Positions 1 through 9,473 of a stretch of DNA of 64,000 bases are shown here, one piece after another (the stretch's first letter is position 1; every line of letters starts with the position of its first letter). The stretch comes from an uncultured delta proteobacterium. Its GTDB lineage: Bacteria > Desulfobacterota > Desulfobaccia > Desulfobaccales > 0-14-0-80-60-11. The stretch is from the NCBI GenBank assembly GCA_963812015.1, contig CAWETI010000002.1:736001-800000 (forward strand). Reading direction: 5' to 3'. The notes beneath the pieces were generated by a model that had not been told where the DNA came from, did no database searches, and saw only the letters and a list, made by a program, of their open reading frames with translations. Position numbers and translations under genes: made by a program.

Positions 1-73
1 CGACTTCCAGAATTGTCTGCCCTGCCTCGAAATTCAGTGTCTCGCCGTTGATCGTCAGATTCGACGGAGGCAT
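1..73 (-). CDS. N-terminus of a 2Fe-2S ferredoxin-domain protein (NuoG/FdhA/hydrogenase-like), runs off the window
   Basis: Minus strand from ATG at 73 reads MPPSNLTINGETLNFEAGQTILEV, typical Fer2_4 start; SD-like GGAGG upstream. Confidence 0.7.
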   Translation of the reverse strand, partial: MPPSNLTINGETLNFEAGQTILEV

Positions 74-412
74 AGTTCCCGTGCCCTCCATTTTGGGTTC
101 GGCTTTGGAGCATATCGGCTGAAGCTCTTAGCGTTCAGCCCGCCCAGGCGGCCTGGCGCGCTCATTCCAAGAGTCCAGCACACCTGTGAAAATTATCTCA
201 ATGTACCAGGTGTATTGTCAGAAAATCAAGCAGGAAATGCCCGTCTGCTTAAATATGTGCCGGGGCAACCGGATCATTCCGGACTGGGGGAATAATTCGG
301 TGATTTAACCATGATTTTCTCATTTTCCCGGGCCATTGATTGGATAAGCGGTGGTAGACCGATGGATCAACCCGCCGGGGGCATGGCAAAAACGGGGCAT
401 TAAAGGCCAGAG

Positions 413-3400
413 TTAGCCGGCCTCCTGGAGGGCACGTGGCGGGGTGGGGAGATCGGTTGCTCCGGCAGGTTCGGCCAGCACCACCCGATCTCGGCCCGTC
501 TGCTTGGCGCGGTAGAGGGCGACATCGGCAGCGTTGATGATTTGCCGATCGGTATCGCCGTGGTTCGGATACACGGCCACCCCCAAGGAGAGCGTGGTGG
601 GTTTCAGACCCGGTTGCAGCAGATACATTTTTTTGACGGCTTGACGCAAGGTTTCGGCCCGCTCCAGAGCAATCTCCACGGTGGTTCCGGGCATAATTAC
701 TAAGAATTCTTCGCCGCCATAGCGGCAGGCGATGTCCTCCCCCCGGATATGGCTTCGCACCAGATTTCCCAGGGCGCTCAGCAGTGCATCCCCCGCAGTG
801 TGGCCAAAGGTGTCGTTGTATTCTTTAAAATGGTCCAGATCCATCATGATTACCCCCAGAGGGGCCCCAAGCCGCTTGACCCGGATCAGCTCCCGTTCCA
901 TGGTCTCCTCCAGGTAGCGGCGGTTGAACAATCCGGTGAGAGGGTCGCGAATTGCCTGGCTGCGCAGGCTCTCCCGGAGTCTCAAGTTCGCCAGGGCCAG
1001 GGCCATATCTTCGGCCACCGTCAGGGCCAACTGTTCTTTGGCCAACCCCAGGCCGGCTATCTGTTCTGTGGTCGGGGGGGGCAACTGGATATGTAATATG
1101 CCCAGGGTCTCCCCTTGGGCGATGAGGGGCACGCACAGATAGCCGCCGGGTATAGCCTGGGTAACGTGGCGGCAGAGCAGACCCTCTTGGGGATTTATCG
1201 CCCGGTGCAGCCGGCCGCGCCGCACCGACCAGCATTCATCCGGAGCAATAACCGAAGCCGCAGGTGGGACCTCGCCCCAACGGGCCACCGCCTCAAAGAG
1301 GTTCCGGGAGTTATTGAGCATGTACAGGGCCCCGGCGTCATCCGGGAAAAAACTGGGCATGAAAAGGCCGATAGTCTTGTAGGCCTCTTCCGAGACCTGG
1401 CAGGCTTGCAGCATATCCGCCATTTCATTGGACAGGCTCATGGTGCGATTGCGCTCCTCCACCTGGGCCACCATCTCCTGGAGACTCCGGTTGGTCTCCT
1501 GGAGGGCTATCTCCATCTGCTTGCGCTCGGTGACCTCATGCTGCAACTGCTGATTGACGGTGGCCAGATCATCCAGGGCCTTTTTGATCTCACTCAGGTC
1601 CCGGGCGACGCACATACTGCCGATCGCCTTATGGTTGCGGTCGTATAAGAGACTGATGGACAGGGCGAACAGGGCAATTCCCCCATCCTTTTTCTTTAAA
1701 TGGATCTCGTATCCCCGGACCGAGCCGTCCCGGCGTAATTGGGCCAAAATTCCTTGAAGTTCATTATTGTCGGCATACAGCTCAAAGGAAGATTTTCCTT
1801 CAATTTCACCGAAAGAATAGCCGAAGGCCTGCTCGGCAGCCTTATTCCATTGGATGATCCTGCCACGCTGGTCCACGATGCCGATGGGGTCGGCGGAGTT
1901 TTCTATGATATTTTCCAGGTATTCTTTGGCCTGCCGGACCTCATTTTCGGCCCGCTTGCGCTCGGTGATGTCCCGGACAAACACGAGCTCCCGGATCTGG
2001 TCCCCGTGGAGAATCTTGGCCGCAGTGCACTCCACATCGACCAAAGCCCCATCTCTTTTGCGATAACGAAGGTCCGATGACAGGGGTAGACCGTCTGACC
2101 CTTCCCAGGCGCATTCCTCCTGGGGCCCCAGAGAATCCGAGGATCGGACCTGGTCGATGTCCAGGCCGACAAGTTCTTCCGGACCGTAGCCCAGCCATTG
2201 GGCCATAAAGGGATTGGCATCGAGAATCCGGCGGGTTTCCGGGTCATAGACAAACACCGCCTCGGGGGCCGCGGCAAAAATGGCCCGGAAACGGGCCTCG
2301 GAGGCCAGGATGCGATTGGCCCCTTCCCGGATGGACAGATTGGTGCCAGCAGAGACCAAGGTTAAAAACACCAGGAAGAAAGCCGTGGTAATGCCCATGA
2401 AGCGGTAGTGCACTATGGGGTTGAATGGCTCCAAATTCACCAGGGCCCAGCCCGGGGCGATGACCGCATCGAGATTTTGCCGGGTGACTACATAACCCTT
2501 CCCGGCAAATTCCACTCGGGCTCCGTCAACGAGGGGCTGGGAAAAGATGGGGGTGAAGCGGTCGATCCCGTATTGGGCCTTGAAGTCGCCCGGGTCGGTG
2601 ACCACTACCGGCCACAGGCTTTGATAATCCAGGTCGGAACGGCTCGCCACAAACACGATGCCCTGGGGATCGATGAGAAAGGCCGGGTCATATCCCCGCA
2701 GGTCTTGTTGAAAACGATTCAGGCTCACTTTATAAACCGCCACTCCGAGGATCTTCCCCGTCGGGGCCTGGACCGGGTGGGCGGCATAAAACCCCCGCTT
2801 TTTCGAGGTGACCCCCAGGGCTAAATAGCACCCCACCTTGCCCGCCATGGCTTTCTGGAAGTAGGGCCGGAAGGCGTAGTTTTGTCCCACGAAGCTATCC
2901 GGGTCGCCCCGGTTGGAGGAGGCGATAGTGGTGCCGGAGGTATCCAGGAGGTAGGCCACCGAGGCCCCGAAGCTCTGTTTATACCGGTCCAGCACCGAGT
3001 TGGCCTGGGCCAGGGTCTGGGGGGACCTCGACTCCAGGGCCGGGGCGATCCAGGGAGACCCGCATATGGCCTTGACCACTTCCTCGGCTTCCTGGACTTC
3101 GAAAGCCAGGCGTTGAATGGCGAATTGATTGTCGGCTAGGCTGTCTTTCCGCACTTGCTGCCAGGCCAGGTTGCCCAGAAATTGGGTGAGGAGCCAGCCG
3201 GCGACCATGATGGCTGCCAGGGCGGCGCCCACGCCATACAGGTAGCGGGCTCGGTACCGGTGGCAGTGTTCATAGGTTGCGGGCCAGGAGACTTGAAAAT
3301 AGCCCGCGGTCATGGCGGCGATCCACACCGCCAGCAGGCCCCGCACCAGTTGGATCGGCAGGCCCGTAAGGTTCGAAAACGTCTCATAATTTACCGCCGC

Positions 3401-3952
3401 GGCCGGGAAGAACCCGGCCCGGGGCACTATCAGCCCGGTGGCCAGACCGTAGAGGATGAAACCGATGGCGCCGGCCAGCAGCCAGGGGCGGCCCCGGGGG
3501 TCGGCCGATTTTCCTTCCACATATAACACCCACCCCGCCCATAAACTCCCCACCAGTCCCAGGGCATAGCGGCTGGTGGCGTTTAAGCCGCTCCAGCCAT
3601 CGAGGGCCCCCAGGCCGGCGCCCAGGGCCAAAACGATTAAAAGCCAGCGCCCCGGTCCCCGGCCCCGCCTTTGGATCAGGCCGAGACGGCCGAATTCCAC
3701 CAGGCAGAGGAAAGATACGGTCATGACGGCCCAGCGGCAGGCGGCAAACCATACCCCATCCCCCCAGGACATGGCCAGGAGGTCCAGCCATTCGTTGAAC
3801 CCATGGGTGAGACCGAAGAGGGCCAGCCAGCCCCAGGGCAGCCGCTGGTTGACCTCTTGGGAAAGGATGTAGGAAACCACCCCCAGACCGATAAAGGCCA
3901 GGCCGTAAAAGAAGAAGATGTAATCCATCTGTCCCTGGAAAAAGGTGCTCAT
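413..3952 (-). CDS. Membrane-bound sensor diguanylate cyclase (multi-TM N-terminus, Cache, 2x PAS, GAF, GGDEF)
   Basis: RYGGEEF and DLDHFK motifs, Cache motif FVGQNYAFRPYF, two PAS/PAC ends (FVRDITERK, VARDLSEIK); start moved to MSTFF (SD GAGGAG). Confidence 0.9.
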   Translation of the reverse strand: MSTFFQGQMDYIFFFYGLAFIGLGVVSYILSQEVNQRLPWGWLALFGLTHGFNEWLDLLAMSWGDGVWFAACRWAVMTVSFLCLVEFGRLGLIQRRGRGPGRWLLIVLALGAGLGALDGWSGLNATSRYALGLVGSLWAGWVLYVEGKSADPRGRPWLLAGAIGFILYGLATGLIVPRAGFFPAAAVNYETFSNLTGLPIQLVRGLLAVWIAAMTAGYFQVSWPATYEHCHRYRARYLYGVGAALAAIMVAGWLLTQFLGNLAWQQVRKDSLADNQFAIQRLAFEVQEAEEVVKAICGSPWIAPALESRSPQTLAQANSVLDRYKQSFGASVAYLLDTSGTTIASSNRGDPDSFVGQNYAFRPYFQKAMAGKVGCYLALGVTSKKRGFYAAHPVQAPTGKILGVAVYKVSLNRFQQDLRGYDPAFLIDPQGIVFVASRSDLDYQSLWPVVVTDPGDFKAQYGIDRFTPIFSQPLVDGARVEFAGKGYVVTRQNLDAVIAPGWALVNLEPFNPIVHYRFMGITTAFFLVFLTLVSAGTNLSIREGANRILASEARFRAIFAAAPEAVFVYDPETRRILDANPFMAQWLGYGPEELVGLDIDQVRSSDSLGPQEECAWEGSDGLPLSSDLRYRKRDGALVDVECTAAKILHGDQIRELVFVRDITERKRAENEVRQAKEYLENIIENSADPIGIVDQRGRIIQWNKAAEQAFGYSFGEIEGKSSFELYADNNELQGILAQLRRDGSVRGYEIHLKKKDGGIALFALSISLLYDRNHKAIGSMCVARDLSEIKKALDDLATVNQQLQHEVTERKQMEIALQETNRSLQEMVAQVEERNRTMSLSNEMADMLQACQVSEEAYKTIGLFMPSFFPDDAGALYMLNNSRNLFEAVARWGEVPPAASVIAPDECWSVRRGRLHRAINPQEGLLCRHVTQAIPGGYLCVPLIAQGETLGILHIQLPPPTTEQIAGLGLAKEQLALTVAEDMALALANLRLRESLRSQAIRDPLTGLFNRRYLEETMERELIRVKRLGAPLGVIMMDLDHFKEYNDTFGHTAGDALLSALGNLVRSHIRGEDIACRYGGEEFLVIMPGTTVEIALERAETLRQAVKKMYLLQPGLKPTTLSLGVAVYPNHGDTDRQIINAADVALYRAKQTGRDRVVLAEPAGATDLPTPPRALQEAG

Positions 3953-4622
3953 GGGTCCGGCTTGCTCCTCAGGCACGGGAAGGTGCGACGTCTGCGGTCT
4001 CGATGCGGGCCATCCCGCCTGCCGCACTCGGGCGCCGGCCACTGAGACGGCCTTCCCGCGATCTTGTGGCACATCTTACCTGGTTATCCATCCGGGGTAA
4101 ATCCGGACATCTACTGAAAACCGGTGACCAAACTCCTGAATCTTACCGGTGAGCCTCACCATCACCCGGGGGGAGGAACCCGCCCGGATCACCCAGGTCT
4201 CAGGTTAACTTGCCAGATATTCTCTATTTCGGTCCATCCTTAATGATTTGGTTATTCGGTATAAAATGCAGAGTAGTTAAATCTGAGGTGGATAAGGGTT
4301 TGGAAGTGGGGACGGAGTAGGACAAGGCGATTCGCCCGGGTAAGAGAGGGCCCTCGCGGAAACTTTTTTGACATCGGCCTCATCATGGGGTGCGGTGAAG
4401 AGGGGCCGCACCTTTGGCCCCATCATCTTTGCAAAGGCGGGGTGTCATGCTTCATTACTACTATTATGGCAAATTAAGCGGCCAATGGTGCGCCGCTCTC
4501 TATACATTTAAAGGGGTGGGGTGGATTTGCCAGGCGTAGCCCGCAGCAGGATTATGATTCGTGACCTAAGCCCCCTCTGGCCCCCAGACCTCCCAGGGAA
4601 AAAGGGCGTGAGGGGATGGTCA

Positions 4623-5699
4623 CTAAAATTGATACATACAGGAAAAGAGCGGGGTGATCGCGGTGGTGGCGTTCTTGCCGATGAGGTCAAAGTTCACCGA
4701 CATGGCGAAGCCTAACTTTTCCGTGACCATGTACTCGATGCCCGGATTTACGGAGAGCAAAGCCCCCGGCGGCAGGTTGGCCTGATGGCCGAACAGCCGC
4801 CCGCCGTCCCAATAGCTGGTGAGTTCCAGGAGGGCGATCCACTTATCGGTGATAAGATATTCCGCCGCCAGGTTCACCGTGACGAAGTCCCGGGGATAGT
4901 TGCGCACCTGGGTGGAGGCCGGGTCGCTCTCCGCCAGGTTGCCGTTTTCATCATTAAACAAACGGGCACGGTCCTCCCTGGTGCTGTAAGCGGTCTGCAT
5001 GGTGTACCAGAGATTGGCATAGAGGATAAAGGGCTTGAGACACTTGGACGTATTCAGGCCGGTGGTGAAGGCGTAGGCCCCCCCTCCCAGGATATCCGTA
5101 TCCAACCGCCCGGGATTGAGGTGGTTGAAGTGGCCGGTGGGGAACCCGGTGGCGAAGAGCGCGGTAACCGTGGGGTTCTTGGGTCCCTCTTCCAGCAGCT
5201 GGTATTTCATGGTCAGGTTGACGTCGCCAAGTCCCCCGAAACTGGCGGAGCGCTCCCCGTTCGGCCCCGGTTCTTTGACGCTGTTGGCCCAGTTGTTGAC
5301 GTAGGGGACCACCACGAAAACCTCCATATTTTTTATCAGACCATAGGTAAATTTCCAATCCATGCCGAAGTTCTTGAAATCGCCGCCGGCCGACACCCGG
5401 CGCCAGCTCTGGGTGAGGTTATTCGTGACGAAACCCAGGCCAAAGGTGGGTTGAACGGCAAATTTTCCCTTGTCCAGGGGGATAGCGGTATCAGTGATGA
5501 TAGGCCCAAAAGTGGGAGGGCATTCATCTTCCTTGGCTTCCTCTTTGCTTGCCGGTTTTCCCTCCTCCTTGGCGGCGGTTGCTACCGAGGCTTTTTCCTG
5601 TTCATCCCCGGCGAGAAGATCATTAGCCCAACCCGGCACCATCCACAGGGCCATCCAAAGACACAGTAATCCGAAGACGCTTCTCAGGTTCATAACCAT
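4623..5699 (-). CDS. Outer-membrane beta-barrel 'transporter' (MetA-pathway/phenol degradation-like family)
   Basis: Signal peptide, GLGDVNLTMKYQL and FPTG...LGGG motifs, C-terminal YQF. Confidence 0.7.
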   Translation of the reverse strand: MVMNLRSVFGLLCLWMALWMVPGWANDLLAGDEQEKASVATAAKEEGKPASKEEAKEDECPPTFGPIITDTAIPLDKGKFAVQPTFGLGFVTNNLTQSWRRVSAGGDFKNFGMDWKFTYGLIKNMEVFVVVPYVNNWANSVKEPGPNGERSASFGGLGDVNLTMKYQLLEEGPKNPTVTALFATGFPTGHFNHLNPGRLDTDILGGGAYAFTTGLNTSKCLKPFILYANLWYTMQTAYSTREDRARLFNDENGNLAESDPASTQVRNYPRDFVTVNLAAEYLITDKWIALLELTSYWDGGRLFGHQANLPPGALLSVNPGIEYMVTEKLGFAMSVNFDLIGKNATTAITPLFSCMYQF

Positions 5700-5875
5700 T
5701 TTCCTTGCTTTTCAGTCAGGGTTGAGTTCTGGGGGTGCATGTCCGTAAAGAAGCAGGTTGATTTCCACACACCCTTTTCTGGTGCTTCCCGGGGCCTTGC
5801 CGGGCCCTGCAATCGGCCACCTGCCTGCAAGCGGGAGGCCTCTCCCCCGCCCAAAGCCTTTGCCGGCGGGGAACG

Positions 5876-5925
5876 AAAAAAGCCACGAACCCCCAGCGCC
5901 TTTCGACGCCAAAGCCTTCGTGGCT
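5876..5925 (-). terminator. Intrinsic terminator inside the 5' leader of the beta-barrel gene (attenuator candidate)
   Basis: Minus strand AGCCACGAA...GGCGTC-GAAA-GGCGCT...TTCGTGGCT followed by a T run, about 180 nt upstream of the start codon. Confidence 0.7.
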
Positions 5926-5982
5926 TGCCATTCCATGTGATGAGTATACGGCGATCTGGGCTTCATACCCCGACTTATTACA

Positions 5983-6011
5983 ACCCTATGGCAAGAAAAG
6001 GATTTTGTCAA
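5983..6011 (-). promoter_or_regulatory. sigma70-type promoter TTGACA-N17-TAGGGT
   Basis: Perfect -35 at 6011-6006, 17-nt spacer, -10-like hexamer at 5988-5983. Confidence 0.55.
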
Positions 6012-6142
6012 CATGAGTTATCCGACAAATTGCCGAAAAAATTTTCTGATGCCTTAAAAAAACCCCCCGCCGCCTTCCCGGTCCAGGAACCTCACGCTTG
6101 ATGGCTAAGGCCCATGGATGCCGGGTCCCTGCATGGTGATGG

Positions 6143-6400
6143 CTAGCCGCTGAGTCGCACCGGGGGGTGCAGGGGCTGCAAAACCTTTTGATCCGTTTGG
6201 GCCACCAAAAGTTTGATGTCCCCACAACCATGGGTATACAGGTAGTGCCAGGCGTCATCCACTTCCAAAAATCCTTGCCGGGAGCCCACCAGTTCCACCC
6301 GGTCGGCGGGGAATCCCAGTGCCTTGCAGTGGTCGGCAAGATCGAAGCCCTCCGGCAGCTCCGTACCGCCCGCCAGATAAACGATCAATCCGCTCTTCAT
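6143..6400 (-). CDS. Small hypothetical protein downstream of cbiK (85 aa)
   Basis: Strong SD GAGGAGG before ATG; co-oriented directly after cbiK. Confidence 0.7.
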   Translation of the reverse strand: MKSGLIVYLAGGTELPEGFDLADHCKALGFPADRVELVGSRQGFLEVDDAWHYLYTHGCGDIKLLVAQTDQKVLQPLHPPVRLSG

Positions 6401-6461
6401 ACCAGCCTCCTCAATGTCCTGCGGTAAAGGTTATTACTCCGTGAGCATCGAGGCCCTGTTT

Positions 6462-7334
6462 CTATAAGCTCTCCAGGACCCGGGCCAGATGGTCTAGGTA
6501 GATGTTTACTATCTCTTTCTGGTCTCCCAGCCCCCGGCGAATTCCTTCGACCTGATAGTGTCCCATCTTCAGCAGCTCGGATTTCCAACTATCCGGGCCA
6601 CTTCCCAAAATATCATTTTGCACGTGATCGCCGGCCACCAGGAGAAATGGCATAAGAACCACAGAGGTGGCGCCGGACCGTTTAACTTCCTCCAGCACCT
6701 CCTCCTTCCCGGGCTTTTGAAATTCCACCAGGCCGAAGAATACCTTTCCATCGGGATAACGGGAGCGCAATAGCTTGGCGAAGGAGGCATAGGTTGCCTG
6801 CGCTTTAGGGTCAGGACTGCCATGCCCCACCAGCACCACGGCGGTTTTCTTCAAGTCCGGGGGAAATTCCTTGGACAGGACTTCGAGAACTCTCATCTCG
6901 TCAGCATTACTGCTGAGCAAAGGTTTGCCCACGGCGACAGTCAGCCCGGGAACTTCCCGGCTTTGTTTTACCACCCCTTCCCATTCTTTGCCCGGGGCCA
7001 GATGAAATGATTGAATGGCAATCTTGGTATAACCTTCGTTTTTCAGGTCCTGAAGTACTTCAGGCAGGCTTTTCAGTTCTTTGTGCTGCTCTTCCTTCAC
7101 CTTGTGGCGTACCTTCTTGGAGGTAAAGGCCCAACGGATTTCATAGCCGGGAAAACGCTCTTTGACCTGGTTGTCGATCTTGTCATAAGTGGGAAAGGCG
7201 TTGGTGGTGGTGCCAAAGGCCGCCAACACGATGGCGGGTTTTGCCGTGGACGCGGCGCGCAGCGCCCCGGGAGCACTGATCATTGCGAGGCAAAGTGCTG
7301 CAATGAACCACCCAAACTTGATCCGCTTAACCAT
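6462..7334 (-). CDS. cbiK: Sirohydrochlorin cobaltochelatase with signal peptide (periplasmic CbiK type)
   Basis: AAFGT, RWAFTS, VGHGS, VEF and VAGDHV motifs; N-terminal signal peptide; SD AAGGAG. Confidence 0.9.
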   Translation of the reverse strand: MVKRIKFGWFIAALCLAMISAPGALRAASTAKPAIVLAAFGTTTNAFPTYDKIDNQVKERFPGYEIRWAFTSKKVRHKVKEEQHKELKSLPEVLQDLKNEGYTKIAIQSFHLAPGKEWEGVVKQSREVPGLTVAVGKPLLSSNADEMRVLEVLSKEFPPDLKKTAVVLVGHGSPDPKAQATYASFAKLLRSRYPDGKVFFGLVEFQKPGKEEVLEEVKRSGATSVVLMPFLLVAGDHVQNDILGSGPDSWKSELLKMGHYQVEGIRRGLGDQKEIVNIYLDHLARVLESL

Positions 7335-7470
7335 GTCGCTCTCCTTTATTGCGGGTTTTTTTGCACAAAAAAAAATCCTTAAGTCACAAAGACTTAAGGA
7401 TTGCACCCAGCTTCTTTATCCTTAGACGCGGCTTCTCGCCCGCTAGACCTCGTAGGGGCTCAAGCCTTCT

Positions 7471-7635
7471 CCCGGGCAGGTCTTCTGACTTCCGGATCCT
7501 CCTACTTCCTGCGCCTTCCCATCTCGCTTCGGTGAGACAGTGGCCTTGCAGGTTTCGTCCCCGGTTACAGCGGCGGGACCGTGCCGGTTTTGCACCGGCT
7601 TCCCTATTATACCCTATATGGGCACCAGAAAATTA
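7471..7635 (-). ncRNA. Cobalamin (AdoCbl) riboswitch
   Basis: Minus strand GGTGC...AATAGGGAAGCCGGTGCAAAACCGGCACGGTCCCGCCGCTGTAA...GCCACTG...GGGAAGGC...AAGTCAGAAGACCTGCC (B12 box), upstream of cbiK. Confidence 0.95.
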
Positions 7636-7986
7636 TGAAGCACAATATATATGTCCTCATGCCGGATGTCAAGGGAAAAAATCCCAGGCTCCCCAACCTC
7701 ACCATGACATATTCTCATCAATAATTAAGGCGCCCCCAATCCGGAATCAATCAGAGCGTACTCCTTTAAGACGGGGCCGTTAAAGCTCTGATTTGATTTA
7801 CTCACAACCTCCGCGGCTGAAGATTTTTCCCTTCCAGGCCTTTGGTTATTTTAAAGGGGTTAAGTAAAATTCTCTAATTGCCGAAAAGGGTTTTAGATTC
7901 CTTGGGAAAACCGGCAGCGCCGTAATCCCCCGCACACTTTTATGATCGACAAGGAACTCGACCATGGTCGTGCAGCTCTCCAAACG

Positions 7987-8982
7987 ATGATGAACACCGC
8001 AGAGTCCAACATCAGGGTCTTGGTGGTGGAGGATAACCCCGCCGATTTCCGACTGATCCAGGAGATGCTGGGAACTCCCAGCCCGGTGCGGTTCCAGATG
8101 GACAATGTGCCCCGGCTGGAAGAAGCCCTGGGGCGCCTGGAGGTAACCCGTTACGATGTAACGCTTCTGGAGCTCAACCTGCCGGACCAGCACGGGTTGG
8201 ATACCTTTTTAAAGCTGTCGGCGCGCTTTCCCGAGGCGGCTATTATCGTGCTCACCGGCATGGCGGATGAAGACTTGGGGCTCAAAACGGTGCAAAAAGG
8301 GGCCCAGGATTTTCTGGTCAAGAGTTGCGTCGACGGCGATCTCCTCAGCAAATCCATCAGATTCGCCATCGAACGGCATCACTCCCGGATGGAACTGGTC
8401 AGGGGCGCCTTGATTGATGACCTCACCGGCCTGTATAACCGGCGCGGGTTTTTCTCCCTGGCCGAACAGCAGATGAAATTGGCCAGACGCAGCCGAAAAG
8501 AGTTCCTCCTGATATCCGGAGATCTGGATGGGATGAAATGGATTAACGATACGTTCGGCCATCCGGCCGGAGACCAGGCGTTGATTGATACCGCCATGAT
8601 CCTCCAGGGAATCTTTCGCCAGTCGGACATCGTGGCCCGGATCGGAGGAGACGAATTTGTCATCCTGATGAACGATGCGGCCCATACAGAGATTGACACC
8701 CTCATGGGGCGCTGCGCCGGGCAATTCGAAAAGTATAATCAACTTCACCCCGACAAGCCCTATGCTTTGTCTTTGAGTCTGGGGGCGGTGGCCTTCGATC
8801 CCCAAAACCCCGGCTCAGTGGAAGAATTACTCTGGCAGGCGGATATTAAATTATACGAAATGAAACGGGGAAAAAATAACCTTCCGGCCGCAGGCAGTCA
8901 GGGGAAAATGGCGTATGGATTCAGCCTGCCTCAGAATTCTTCTCAGCCAAGACCACTCTTGCCGATCTCAGGTTTAAGATAA
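7987..8982 (+). CDS. Receiver-domain diguanylate cyclase (REC-GGDEF)
   Basis: VLVVEDN receiver start, RIGGDEF active site, RQSD I-site; start uncertain (7942/7987/7990). Confidence 0.9.
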   Translation: MMNTAESNIRVLVVEDNPADFRLIQEMLGTPSPVRFQMDNVPRLEEALGRLEVTRYDVTLLELNLPDQHGLDTFLKLSARFPEAAIIVLTGMADEDLGLKTVQKGAQDFLVKSCVDGDLLSKSIRFAIERHHSRMELVRGALIDDLTGLYNRRGFFSLAEQQMKLARRSRKEFLLISGDLDGMKWINDTFGHPAGDQALIDTAMILQGIFRQSDIVARIGGDEFVILMNDAAHTEIDTLMGRCAGQFEKYNQLHPDKPYALSLSLGAVAFDPQNPGSVEELLWQADIKLYEMKRGKNNLPAAGSQGKMAYGFSLPQNSSQPRPLLPISGLR

Positions 8983-9031
8983 TTTCATTTAATAATGAGA
9001 ACCTAGTTCAAAATCTCGAATACTTCTTAAA

Positions 9032-9106
9032 TGTCATTCTGATTGAGCTAAGCGAAGAATCTATTCATTTCAAATCCATAGACCCTTCGCTGCGCTCAGG
9101 GTGACA
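9032..9106. repeat. REP-like palindromic element (TGTCATTCTG...CGAAGAATCT...CTTCGCTGCGCTCAGGGTGACA)
   Basis: Terminal inverted arms; partial related copy at 36842-36893. Confidence 0.7.
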
Positions 9107-9146
9107 GAAAAATAGGTTTTGAAAGAGGTTGTAGTGAGCGGTTAGA

Positions 9147-9220
9147 TGGCTGGGGGACTAGGATTCGAACCTAGATCAGCGGCGCCAAAGGCCGCTGTCC
9201 TGCCATTGGACGATCCCCCA
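9147..9220 (-). tRNA. tRNA-Gln (TTG)
   Basis: TGGGGGATCGTCCAATGGCAGGAC...GCGGC-CTTTGGC-GCCGC...GGTTCGAATCC...CCCCCAGCCA, 74 nt with encoded CCA. Confidence 0.97.
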
Positions 9221-9406
9221 GTATGGGCTGGCGCAAAATGCTCGGGTCCGCAACCTCGGCCGCGGACCACTTTCCAAGAAATTATAATAATTATCCCCTC
9301 GGCCACGCAAGTATTTTGTCCGGTGCAGCCCCTCCATCGCCCCCATCTCTTGCCGATGCGCCAGTTTTCCTCCCTGGAGGCGGGAAATCCTCACGCCATA
9401 AATGGC

Positions 9407-9455
9407 TTTACGTTTTCGTTAATTTTTTTTATACTAATATGTGAATACTTTCACA
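9407..9455 (+). promoter_or_regulatory. Promoter TTTACG-N17-TATACT with palindromic operator TGTGAA-TACT-TTCACA (Rex-like, also CRP/FNR-family spacing)
   Basis: Perfect palindrome at 9440-9455 just downstream of the -10 box, upstream of cooC. Confidence 0.65.
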
Positions 9456-9473
9456 GTGAGGGGGACGCGAATC

